A stretch of DNA of 62,026 bases, counting the filler, from Rhabdomonas costata (lineage: Eukaryota): assembly GCA_019059605.1 (NCBI GenBank). It is 26 parts of 26 records of this genome, joined end to end, with 100 filler letters (N's around TTAATTAATTAA, not from the genome) between each part and the next. Parts side by side here need not be neighbours in the genome. Positions count along the whole stretch, not along the records: positions 23,888 to 26,178 come from JAHMHO010004263.1; positions 26,279 to 28,565 come from JAHMHO010004264.1; positions 28,666 to 30,953 come from JAHMHO010004265.1; positions 31,054 to 33,340 come from JAHMHO010004266.1; positions 33,441 to 35,727 come from JAHMHO010004267.1; positions 35,828 to 38,113 come from JAHMHO010004268.1; 20 more parts are not named here. The stretch is one strand, 5' to 3'. This document shows positions 25,349-36,227 of the stretch, piece by piece; the stretch's first letter is position 1, and each line of letters begins with the position of its first letter. Both the position numbers and the translations under genes were made by a program. The notes under the pieces were generated by a model. It was given only the letters and a program-made list of their open reading frames with translations. It was not told the DNA's origin and ran no database searches.

Positions 25349-26282
25349 GTGAGAGCCTTTTTTTCATGCGTTTTCCGCTTAGGCTGGCTTTCCGAATGCT
25401 CAGGGGTGTGTTTCCAGGAGGTCTGACATGTCTGCAGTCAAAGCTGCTCTGACGGGTATACATTCATCTCCTTTTCAGAACTCTGAGTTTTTGCCTCCCT
25501 GCTCCTCCGTCGCTCACCACGTGATGTTTCTTTTCTATCCGACACTCTCAACCTCAGGGCAGCTGGTGCTGTCACAAAACTTTGTAACACTGTTCCTCCT
25601 CACAGCAGATAAAGCTCCCAAACTGTTGCGTGTGGTCATTCGTGATTCAGGCTATATCCCACTGACTCCATGCCTACCACGAACCGTGATTGTCTTGAGT
25701 GCGGAAACCGCAGTCGCCTGACATATTTTAGAGTTTGCCAGCGGGTTCAGCACTTTTATCTTTGGTCGTCCGCTGATAAGTTCTCATCTGCAACAACGTT
25801 CTCGCATGTACACGCACACGGAATACCTCCGGAGATAAGCAACTCAACCGGAGAAGAGGGAAGGCAGCACGGTGCGGTGGAGCAGAGAATGAGGCGGCGT
25901 AGGGCCAAACGGAGTTCGAACATGCATCAAACCCTGGCGCGGAAAATACCGTGAAAAACACGCCTACGGCTCCACATGGATTTCACGCCGACGGGAGAAA
26001 AGTTCCCCGGATCATGGTTGCAGAAGCCAGGGGCAGGCTTCCGAGCGAGGCGACTGCACAAGTCACTTTCACACACACACACACACACACACACCACACA
26101 ACCCAGTGGTCACCACCAACCAGTCAACCAGTCAACCAGGCAACAGCCAGCGCACAATGCGCCCAACACACACACACANNNNNNNNNNNNNNNNNNNNNN
26201 NNNNNNNNNNNNNNNNNNNNNNTTAATTAATTAANNNNNNNNNNNNNNNNNNNNNNNNNNNNNNNNNNNNNNNNNNNNGTTT

Positions 26283-26645
26283 TGTGTGGGTTGAGTGATT
26301 TGATTATCCACTATGCATGATTTCGCAGGCCAAACACAGGTGGACCCTGGTTTACCTACCCAGCACTACTACCACATGCATGACGTGGGTTCATGTCCAC
26401 CAGGAGAGGTCACATCATCTTGAAAAACCTGGTTGATGAAGTGACTCGCCTCAGCCATTACCACAGTGTGAGCCTCGGGTGTTGCCTCATCGTGATACCT
26501 GCGTCTCCACATGCTTCATGTTGGCTCAGTCAGTCAGAGAAACGATGTCAAACCAGACTTTGAACTTTTGCAGCTACTGGGGACTATCATCAATATTATA
26601 GAAGGCCAATCGGATCCGTCGCTGATGTGATTCACCATTACGCGT
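26283..26645 (+). repeat. Dispersed repeat family, copy 1 (homologous to 51505-51911), followed by a low-complexity A/C-rich tract
   Basis: Shared blocks in the same order: GTGTGGGTTGA, TTTCGCAGGC, CACTACTACCACATGCATGAC.TGGGTT.ATGTCCACCAG, AGAAACGAT and GATTCAC.ATTACGCGT. Both copies are followed by AAACC(G/C)AA-like degenerate repeats. Confidence 0.75.
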
Positions 26646-28665
26646 AGAGATATCCAGAAGGACATCAGCAAAACCGAAACCTGAACCCATAATCCACTCT
26701 CCGAAGATGAACCCGATACAGAACCGGATACAGAAGGCCAAAACCATCCACCAAATCCCCAACCCCGAACTCAAACTCAAACTCAAAAACAGAATGCCAA
26801 TACCGAATACCAATCCAGATACCGAATGCAGAAGGCCGAAAACCGAACTCATAAGACGAATCCGAGATCAAAACCCAAAACAGATCCGAAATCAAAACCC
26901 AAGACACGAACTCAGAAGGCCAAAAGACCAAAATCGGAAATTCGAACCCTGAACCCAAGATGCGAAGCCGAACACAGAATGCGAATACCGACACCCAAAA
27001 GATGTTTTTCACAGTTGATCGTAAATTTTGATACCAGAGCGGGATTTTAAACCCAGCCTTGTGTAAATCATGCACACTACGTAAGATGAACAGTGTGTGT
27101 GGTGATGTGGGATGAAAGATGCCTACCGCTAAGCTTCCGAGCAAAAGATGAAGAGAGGGAGATGCACGAAGTGGTGAGATGGATGGATGATAGAAACCTG
27201 GTACTACGCGATGCCTCCAGTTGGCCCCAAGATGCCACCACATAGATGCCAGTATGCCCACTGATACCACCACCCGCATGCACCAGAATACCACCACATG
27301 ATGCCAGTACCCACCCACCAACTCCTACACTACCAGGATGCCGGTACCCACCATCACATACGCTTACACAGGATGCCAGTACCCACCATCACATACGCCT
27401 ACCCAGGAGAAGCTAACCGAAAGAACCAAAGACGAAGACTGGTGGAGTACAGCATGTTCCAAACTCCACCACATGTTTTTCTGTGACTTAGTGTGTGCAT
27501 GCGTTGTGTGATACACGTCATATATGTTGTCGTTGTTATATACAATGGTGTAACCTGTCGTTTTCATCGACAGCCAAGTCTCCTGTCCATCAACTTTTTT
27601 TCCAGCCATTGCTTCAGTTGACTTCCTGCGCTCATCATGCTGCGTTTCTTTTTGAATCTTCAGCTACACAGTCCATTGCTCTGGTTCCAATTGTTGTTTA
27701 TATTCAATTGTTGCCAGTCGTCTACAAATATTTTCTTCACTGTACTGTGTACAGTGCCTTTTGTTTGTCTTACTTGCATTCCTCATCTTTCTGCTCTTTC
27801 TGCTTCTACTCTTCCAGTTCCCTTTATTTCTCTCTCAATCCAGTCTTTCAAAACCTTTTTGAAGCTCGAAAGCTACGCGGTCAACGGTACCTCCTGTTTG
27901 AAAGAGCAATGTGGCGATAAGCTGGGTTTAATTTTGATCCTGCGTGTCGTTTGTTGTAGTTTCTGAGGTCTCAGCGCTTATTTCCACGGCAAACTTTCTT
28001 ATAGCGGAAGCTTGCTTTTCCATGAAATCCGATTGCGTGCAGGATTCTGTGGCATATGTGAAATGGATTTTTAGCAATCAACATAATTTCTCTAAGTCAT
28101 AAGACATGCATACTCTCATCAGCAGTTGTAGCCATTTGGAAAAGACTTGGAAAAAATCACAAAAGACATAACCACAACCACTTTAAACAGCGTGTGAAAA
28201 TACTAAAAACAAACACGTCACAACACAACGGAGCAATGCAACATTAACTTGTACCTTTGCACACAATGCCGAAATCTCGCACCTAGGACAGGCTTTTTTG
28301 TTGGGGCCATTTTCACGCGTGATGCGTGCTCACGTGCTCATAGCCAGAGAAGACGCTGCAGAGAGAGTGTGTGTGTGCTGGGACTGAAATACCGCACCAA
28401 AACCCCAGAATACTACGGAGAGGATCCACCACGGTGAGTCATGATACATCGTGTGTGGCAGACTATAAAACGCAAGGTTTCCGGTTTGTACTCTTCAAAG
28501 GGCGCGTACATGACCCAGCACTCATCCATATAATGTGAAAGGATGCTTTACAACCTGCCAGACAGNNNNNNNNNNNNNNNNNNNNNNNNNNNNNNNNNNN
28601 NNNNNNNNNTTAATTAATTAANNNNNNNNNNNNNNNNNNNNNNNNNNNNNNNNNNNNNNNNNNNN

Positions 28666-30953
28666 ATGGTTTACTATTGAAACTATTGGTTGGATTGGAT
28701 TCGAAGCTTCGAGCACTTTTTGCATGTGTTTAACACTAGCTTCGCTGACTTGGAGAGACTTGGAGACGTGGATGTTGATGTTTCCCAAAAGAAAACCCCG
28801 CTGACTTGAGTTTCCTTCCTGACCTTTTGGTCGAGTGAGCTCTTCAAGCTGAGCTAAACGACCTTTTTTTTTGCATCCAGCGCTTCACCGCCTAATCCAG
28901 CGAAGCCAACGGCGCCCTTCGGCTGACAAAACATTGTTGTCACAGTTAACTACAAATTTGATCCTATAGCGATCAAGCTTCAAGCTTTCTTCCATCCACG
29001 AGGCACTAATGTCAAGCAAAACTTTCTGGTGCCTGCTTCCAACGCAAAATGGGAAAGCCTACCTTGTACGCTGCTTTTGCCGTTTTGCACTACTTTTGCC
29101 TACTTTTCACTTCTAATTCAGCTCAATGCAATCTAGAACTCGAACAAATTTCTTTTCTTGGCAATTTTTTTACAATTTTGGTGTGTCTTGAAACGGTGAT
29201 GACGTGTGTTTGTTTCCACCACTTGAAATTCGAGTTCCAGAGATTTCGAACACCTAGAAATAGAAGTACTCTGAGCCAGTGCGTTTTAATATTCTGGTGT
29301 ATCGTCATTACAGGGCCAGAGACTGCCAAGAAACCAAAACCAGGAGCACTACCGTCCCACCAACTATTGTACCCTAACCGAACAGTCCAGAGCTCAGACG
29401 TTCCAGCTCCTCCTGTGGCTACTCGCGCTCCGGTCGGGGTGCTGCAAAGTGGCATCCTCTGAGCATCGAACCGCTTTTTTTTTGAAGGTCCGTGGTGTTT
29501 TGGACCGCCCAGAGCGCTAGATGGCCCCTAGGTCGTTGTGGACTGCAATGTTCCCCTGCTGGAAGGGATGCTTCTTTGGGACTCCCCTGAACAGCAGAAG
29601 GGAATTTTGTTCACACCTGTACAAAAACATTTATTTTCTCGTAAAACCGTAAAAACCGCTGATTCGTGTCTGACCGAATATAGGTAGGAGACTTTGAGTT
29701 TTTGATCGAGGCGTGGGGAAATTTTGTTAGCAACACTTTCTTTTCTTCTCTCTGTGTCTCGTTTTTCTGAACTGCTCCGGATACTGTTCATAGCGTTTCG
29801 CGTTTCGTTCGTGTTTGCTGCAACCCATCCGCTAATTCGGGACCAGTGTTGCAGTCAATCTGAAGTGTGTGATTGTTTTCGAGTTCCCACACACGCCGCG
29901 CGAAGACAAGAAAGTTTGCAAAGGTCAGCGTGAAATACACCGTAAAACCCGCTGGCTGCAGACCCACGCCTCTTGGACCCGTCTCCGTTATGGTATGAAA
30001 CTGGTGAAAGCTGCCGAATCTGTGTAGGCTTTTGTTGCAATGGGGAGTGGGGAGAGGCGGAGCCGTTGACCTGAAAATAGAGAGTTGTGCTTAATTGAAG
30101 GATTTTAATGAACGTTCAAAGGCACGATCATGACGACACAACCCGCAAGGCTTTGCTACTGAAAGGCAAGTTGGGTGTGAAACAAAGTAGCACAAGCCTT
30201 GCGCATCTCCAGAAAAACTTTTGAACCGACAAGAGCTACCAAGACGGTGAGGCGCAACACACAACCTTTTTCAAGAGAGCTGGTCCCCTGAGAACGAGCA
30301 ACACAAGCCCACAAAGATAAGTGCGTCGAAGACAGAAGCAGAGAAGCAGAGTGGTGCAGAGGGTACACCACTGACACGTCAACTTGCTCACGGGCGGCCT
30401 CGGACCGCGAAGCACTTTCACCGAAGCCATGCCAAAGTCCAGTTGGCCTCAGCCAAAGGAGCTCCAATGACCGTGCCCCAGGAGGCCACGAGAAACACTC
30501 GAACTCTGCTGGCGAAGTGACTCCTCGTAGGAACGACGGATTCAGGTGACTAGCGTGATTCAGGTAGTCCACAACCCTGTTAATCCCAATTCGACAATAA
30601 ACTTCCTTTTTTGTCCGCCCCTCTTTGCAGCAACAACGGCCTCGTGCGCTTTCCTGTGATGACCTTTTCCTGTGAACATGAACATTTTCCAACCACGTTA
30701 AGTTGGCATAGAAATAGCAAATATGAAACCAACTACTACAACGTTGCAACGTCTGAAGGGTGGACGTGCCCCGTGGCTTCCTGTTTGTCTCAGGTGAGCA
30801 GTGCAAAACTTAGACAAGTTTACTGTATGGTTTACTATTGAAACTATTGGTTGGATTGGATTCGAAGCTTCGAGCACTTTTTGCATGTGTTTAACACTAG
30901 CTTCGCTGACTTGGAGAGACTTGGAGACGTGGATGTTGATGTTTCCCAAAAGA
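28666..30953. repeat. Contig with exact 127-bp direct terminal overlap: circular or tandemly repeated 2161-bp unit
   Basis: 28666-28792 is identical to 30827-30953 (ATGGTTTACTATTGAAAC...TTTCCCAAAAGA). Confidence 0.93.
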
Positions 30954-31501
30954 NNNNNNNNNNNNNNNNNNNNNNNNNNNNNNNNNNNNNNNNNNNNTTA
31001 ATTAATTAANNNNNNNNNNNNNNNNNNNNNNNNNNNNNNNNNNNNNNNNNNNNGGGGGGGGGTTGAACATAGGCCGCAGGGCGAGGTTCGCTGGGCCGAA
31101 GCTTCCAAGTTGACCAGCCCACACAGAGTACCGTTGACTCCACAGCAGAGCGACGTCCTCCTGGCGCCGAAAGGCGGCTGGATAATCAATCTGTGTGTGA
31201 GCGATAACGGTAAAAAAGGTTAGTGCAGAACACGGCAATGCCGATTATCCAAGTCCACTGCCCGAACGCACTCCAGAGTAGAAACTAATGCTGCGGAACC
31301 CCATTTCGGGACATTGAGGAGTGGAGGTGTACATACAAATTGCAGGTATGCCAGAGGTCCCAAAAACTAACTTGGATTGGAAAGAGCCGGGTGCCAAAAT
31401 ATCAGCAAAAGCCCGGGAAAAAACATTCGGAAAAGAGAAAAACGCAAGCCAAACCTTTCAAGTGAAGAAACGGGAAACAGCCGCGAGGGCAAACCAAGAT
31501 A

Positions 31502-32446
31502 TCAAAAACATGTGTTGCGGGCTTTAATAAGGACGCCCCGCATTAGTGAAGTGGGACCAACCTGGCTCATTTCTCCGCAGGGAGGGCGAAAACCCTTCTC
31601 ATCCATCTTCCATGACCCAGTCCCAAAGTACGGAGGCAGCCCAAGGCACTTCGCACTCAGCCCCAGCGCTGCAATCGCCAGGCCTTCCCCGGCGCGCTGG
31701 CTCAGCTCTGGCAGATGCAGCGAGAGGTCCGTCAGGCTCAGGTCGCATTCCCGGCGTCGCGGACCGCTCAGCGCAAACCCGTAGTAGGTGTGGTTGGGCT
31801 GCCCCATGGTGGGGTAGCTCACCCCATGGCCAGCCATGTCGTGGTAGATCTGCCAGAAGCTCCACCCCTGCTCCGGCGTGGCATGGCGGTGGATCCCGCA
31901 CTGCTCCAGCTTGCGCCGCAGCTCCGCGAGCCGAGGGTTGTCGCAGGACATCATTTGCACTGCATCGATGGCCAGCTGGGCCCGAATCCGCAGCACCTTC
32001 ACCACGTCTCCACAATGGGGAGTGCGAAAGCCGTCTCTGCGGAGGTCCATGATTGCCCCTGGAAGGTCTCTGACAAGCTGCCTTCTGGACAAGACACTCC
32101 AGCAAGACAAAAGGTCTGCCTCTGTAGGATTTTCCAAGACCAGGCCGAGGAGGGTGCTACATGAGCACTTATTTCCTTGACGCAGCTCGGTATCTTCAAG
32201 CAGAGGTTGTGTCTGGGCAGGGCACTCTGTCGTAGTTCGCGAGGTTGCGCTAGTGTTGATGAAGTGGGCCACACCAGAGCAATGCTTAGCCTCTCGTGAA
32301 TGAACACTGCTGCGTGCTTGTGCTGTCGGGGTTGTGTACCATTCAAAAGACAGGTAGTCTTCAAATCTAAGACCACTGAGCTCCAAGGAAATGAGAGCAA
32401 GAACTATGTTCACAACAAAGAGGTGTGCTTGTGCACACCCTGCCAT
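31502..32446 (-). CDS. Hypothetical secreted/type II membrane protein, apparently single exon (~314 aa)
   Basis: Long uninterrupted ORF. MAGCAQAHLFVVNIVLALISLEL is a hydrophobic N-terminus, the body is Cys-rich, and the 3' two-thirds is GC3-rich. No family recognised. Confidence 0.65.
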   Translation of the reverse strand: MAGCAQAHLFVVNIVLALISLELSGLRFEDYLSFEWYTTPTAQARSSVHSREAKHCSGVAHFINTSATSRTTTECPAQTQPLLEDTELRQGNKCSCSTLLGLVLENPTEADLLSCWSVLSRRQLVRDLPGAIMDLRRDGFRTPHCGDVVKVLRIRAQLAIDAVQMMSCDNPRLAELRRKLEQCGIHRHATPEQGWSFWQIYHDMAGHGVSYPTMGQPNHTYYGFALSGPRRRECDLSLTDLSLHLPELSQRAGEGLAIAALGLSAKCLGLPPYFGTGSWKMDEKGFRPPCGEMSQVGPTSLMRGVLIKARNTCF

Positions 32447-33552
32447 TTCAAAGATATATGAACGAAGAGGATCTGAAGGCCGAGACAAACAGGCAAAACG
32501 TAAAAATGTTGACGCATGTTCACTCAACACGAACCGCCGTCCATGGAAATCATGCCATCACTAGTGCCTACCGCGTATTTCCAAGAATATTCGCCGCGTC
32601 AAGTTTCATTGTTCAACGTGAACCACTCCGAGGCTAAAACGGCCTACATTGGCCACTGAAGGCATCCAAGGACATCTTTATGGGTGTGCCCTCATGTGAG
32701 TGTGGTCGTCATTCCTCATGTGAGTGTGGTCGTCCCCGCTGAAGGGCATCGATCCAATGAATTTCACAATGCGGCACACTTCACTCCATACCACTACCCC
32801 CCTCACGATTCTATCCCATTCCATCCCATTCACTGAAGTAACATTCCCAATTCCTCCTTTTTAGGCATCCCGGCACACAAAGCTCGGGAGGTGTAGGGCT
32901 GGCCGAGGAGTGGATACGCCGTCCCCTCACATAACTGCGCGCCCACCCCCTTTCCACTGACTTCTACTTATATTCCAGATTGTACCCAAGCACATTTCAT
33001 GGTGACATAGCAGAGAGTGCAGGTGAGGGGGAACAAAGTGCTCCAAAGTGTGTGGTCAGGAGAGTCCGGTCCATCCAGAACACTGAGAGGTTCCAAAGGT
33101 TGGTGAAGGTTCTTTCCAGCCTTTCTGCTGAAAGTGATTTTCACCCCAACCGCGTTTAAGGTTTCACAACTTCCCCAAGTGTCCTCATCCCAACATCATC
33201 TCAACTCGCCCTGGGGACTTCGCCTTTTAGATCAGTGTCAGGAAGCCCATGTGGGGTCACACTCTGAGAAGTGACGAGGTACTTCCGTCACTCGGTGTGA
33301 TGCCTGCTCCCCCCCTCCCTTGAATGGCCCCTGTGCCGCCNNNNNNNNNNNNNNNNNNNNNNNNNNNNNNNNNNNNNNNNNNNNTTAATTAATTAANNNN
33401 NNNNNNNNNNNNNNNNNNNNNNNNNNNNNNNNNNNNNNNNTGTTGGTGTGTCCAGCGTGCTCACTTGTTCTCTTGATTCGATAATTTTGTGCCTCTGCTG
33501 CCGCAAAAATAAATTGAGCTGGAAACACACACACTCGCACGTGCACTCGCGC

Positions 33553-34096
33553 CTGAAGTATGGGCGGTTGTGGCCCGGCGTGTCCTCCGTGTTGATCCCC
33601 ACCGCCCCCGCCCCGAAGTGCAGGGCTTGCAGGGACAAGGGCCACATCCAGATGCTGAAGTATCGCATCACCTCCGCCCACTCATCGTTAATTGCGAGAG
33701 GGAACTTCGGGTCCCCGAACATCGGCCCCGGAGCCAGGTAGCATGGAGTGTGAACAGCATCCACAAGCTCACAGTATCGGCAACGACCTCTGCTGCTGAG
33801 GCTGCTCAGGGCCCCCCTTGAGAAGTTATGACCCCGGGAACCCGAACTAAACTCCACAAATCGTCGCAGCCGAGTTACAAGGACGGGACTCGGCGGCTGC
33901 TCCGCGCCAGGCTCGACCTGGTTGTTGGCGCCGATGTACCTCGACCCTTTGTTGTGCACATACAGGATGTAGCTTTCGGGGTGCTGGCGGGCGTACGACC
34001 GCAGGGCGTTCAGAGTGATCATCTCATGGTTGGAGAGTTTTCCCCGCACAACCACGGTCACGTTCGGAGGCAGCCAGAAGTCGTGCAGATCCCCAG
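33553..34096 (-). CDS. Putative glycosyltransferase-like protein of the 'Y.H.KG ... SGNFWW' type; exons ~34096-33918 and 33704-33553
   Basis: NHEMITLNALRSYARQHPESYILYVHNKGS...NDEWAEVMRYFSIWMW...AVGIN...PYFS follows a pattern I recall from protist and giant-virus hypothetical GT-like proteins (E..TL..L..., VLYFH.KG, W...M.YF, VG.N, HFSGNFWW). Confidence 0.6.
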
Positions 34097-36227
34097 CTAT
34101 CCCAACAAATACAGGGGCAATCTGAGAAGGCCAACGCATGAACCACACTGTTGCAACATCTACGTCACCTTAAAGTGAGAATGAAAAATGGTACCAAAAA
34201 GCCACAGGGGGTTTAGAAAAAACAACATGCAACTCTCCATTGTTAAACCGTAAAAATCGCTATTGCTCATTGTGCACTCGAAGCTCCTAAGTTCAGTTTC
34301 CTTGCCCAAACCTCCGCTTTTCTAGCTACCCGGAAGGCAAGACAGATCACCAAAGAACAGCACCACGGAATGCAATGGGCGGGAAGGCGCGGGGACACGT
34401 GCAAGTTTCCGTTGTTAAACAGTGTCAGCATTATTACTCACTGCGTTTGGTTCAGGTTGGAACGTACCGATGCCCTGAAACAAGCGAGTGACCGTAGCCG
34501 CAGGTTTTGCCCTCAAATTTGACATGCCACGGGCTAATGGATTGTGTGCAGAAATAAACTCAGCTGTGCATGAAGAGTGCCACTGCGGACCTTTGTGAGG
34601 CCCGAGTAAACGAGGGCAGTATGCACCCGCCGAGCAGTAATCTCGTACCGCGGGCCCAGCCCAATGTGAAACAAAACAACCAGTGGGACATTGGGAAGCC
34701 GAAGTACAGGTAGCTCCGGCAGAAGGGATGATGAGCGCTCTCCAGGCCCAGGAAGCTCCCCAGAGCAGGAGTACCTGGAGTTCCTCTTGTATTCATATCT
34801 GCAAACAAAGAGAGCGAAGCGGAATGTCTGTGGGGCGGGGGAACAGACAAAAATGCAGTTGCCCTGACATCAAGCCGCTGACCGTGAGTTCACCACTTGC
34901 TCACCATCTCCCTCGTTAACATCGTGAGGTGACATCATGAGTTTCCTCAGCTTCCTGTCCTGTATTGCTTTGGGGCACCGAGCACCGCCATCTCCGGCCC
35001 TTGCTAAGGGCAACGGGCACTTCACCTGTTGTGTGCTACGTGCTTCCCCTCAGCGAATCGACTTCGGGAAGCGGGGTAACGGCAGTACAACGAAGGAAGC
35101 AACTAACAGCTCCGTGCTGATCTTCTGTTTTGTTCCCTTTGCTTTCTGTGAACAGAACATAATCCAAAGGAAGGATCCACGGAGATATGCGTATGCATGT
35201 ACATACATGGGTAATACCGCCAAAGTAGAATCCGCAGCAGCAGAAACAGAAGCAGCAACATGAGGAAGTTACAAGGAAGCTACAGTCGACGACCAATGAA
35301 TGATGACCACAGACTGCTAATGACCAGGTGACAGGTGATGTAAAACTTGCAGGATGGTGTCAACTGAGTTGGAAGTGATGCATGGGTTCTTTCATCAAAC
35401 CTGGCTCTCAAGGTGTCCGTGATCATCCGCATGACAGCCCCGTGACAGGAAAACGGCCGCAGCTGCACCGCAAGCTCATAATCACAAAGAAATGGGTCCG
35501 GCCGCTTCGCGCGCGGGGAGGGCGGCGAGAGTAAGGAGGAGAGTGAGCCCTTGGGCCCGTCCTGGTGCGGGCCCAGGTAAACATTGGTGATGCATGTGAA
35601 GTGAATGAGGCAGCTTGGGAAAGCTTGAATTGCCGCAAATAAACCCTACCACAACCACCGCACAACAACACATTACAAAGCCCCTTGGTGACATCAGCGA
35701 CACACTGCCAAAGCAGCAACAAAAACCNNNNNNNNNNNNNNNNNNNNNNNNNNNNNNNNNNNNNNNNNNNNTTAATTAATTAANNNNNNNNNNNNNNNNN
35801 NNNNNNNNNNNNNNNNNNNNNNNNNNNGGTTTTTTTGCCTCGCTCAGTCTGAAGTGCAGCGAACAAATTGTCGATGGGACGTATTTTTGGTTCATGAGTT
35901 GGATGTCTGGTTTCTACCTCTTGGATCTAATCACTAATGAATGCAGCAGCGGCAGCACAACCTCAGTTTGAATGCTGAACGCTGAAGGAGACGGTTTCCG
36001 GTCCCTTTTTGTTGCCCTTGTTACTCGGGTTTCTCCCTGGAGAGAGATCATCGAGGTCATTGGCAGTTTTTAGGTGTTTCGTTTCGTTTTGGTTCGGCTG
36101 GAGCGTTCTTCTGCTCTGCGTTTTTTTAAAATACTTTGTCCTTTGTCCCGCTTCATTCACAGTTTAACCGCGAGTTTTGCGTTTTGTATTCGCATGTGAT
36201 CCTGAACTGAATCAATCTTCAGCCACG

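Noticed and set aside
26360..26400. Conserved TGG TAG TAG TGC on the minus strand in both repeat copies, hinting at stop-codon reassignment
   Set aside because: None of the well-supported exons needs TAG/TAA/TGA readthrough, and the repeat shows no codon-like substitution pattern.
26665..27321. Hydrophobic 218-aa ORF resembling a membrane protein
   Set aside because: It is the translation of the low-complexity A/C-rich repeat tract read on the minus strand.
29196..29274. Possible box C/D snoRNAs in the circular/tandem unit (GTGATGA...CTGA at 29196-29274 and 30655-30756)
   Set aside because: I could not recognise an rRNA-complementary guide or convincing C'/D' boxes, and such short motifs occur by chance. 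It needs snoscan/cmscan and small-RNA data.
30156..30806. 216-aa minus-strand ORF in the repeat unit as a replication protein
   Set aside because: No Rep, HUH or helicase motifs, no coding-like composition, and the splice signals point to the plus strand.
32690..32734. 21-bp tandem duplication CCTCATGTGAGTGTGGTCGTC (similar small duplications at ~45009 and ~21001)
   Set aside because: Two copies only with no spacer structure, consistent with ordinary slippage duplications.
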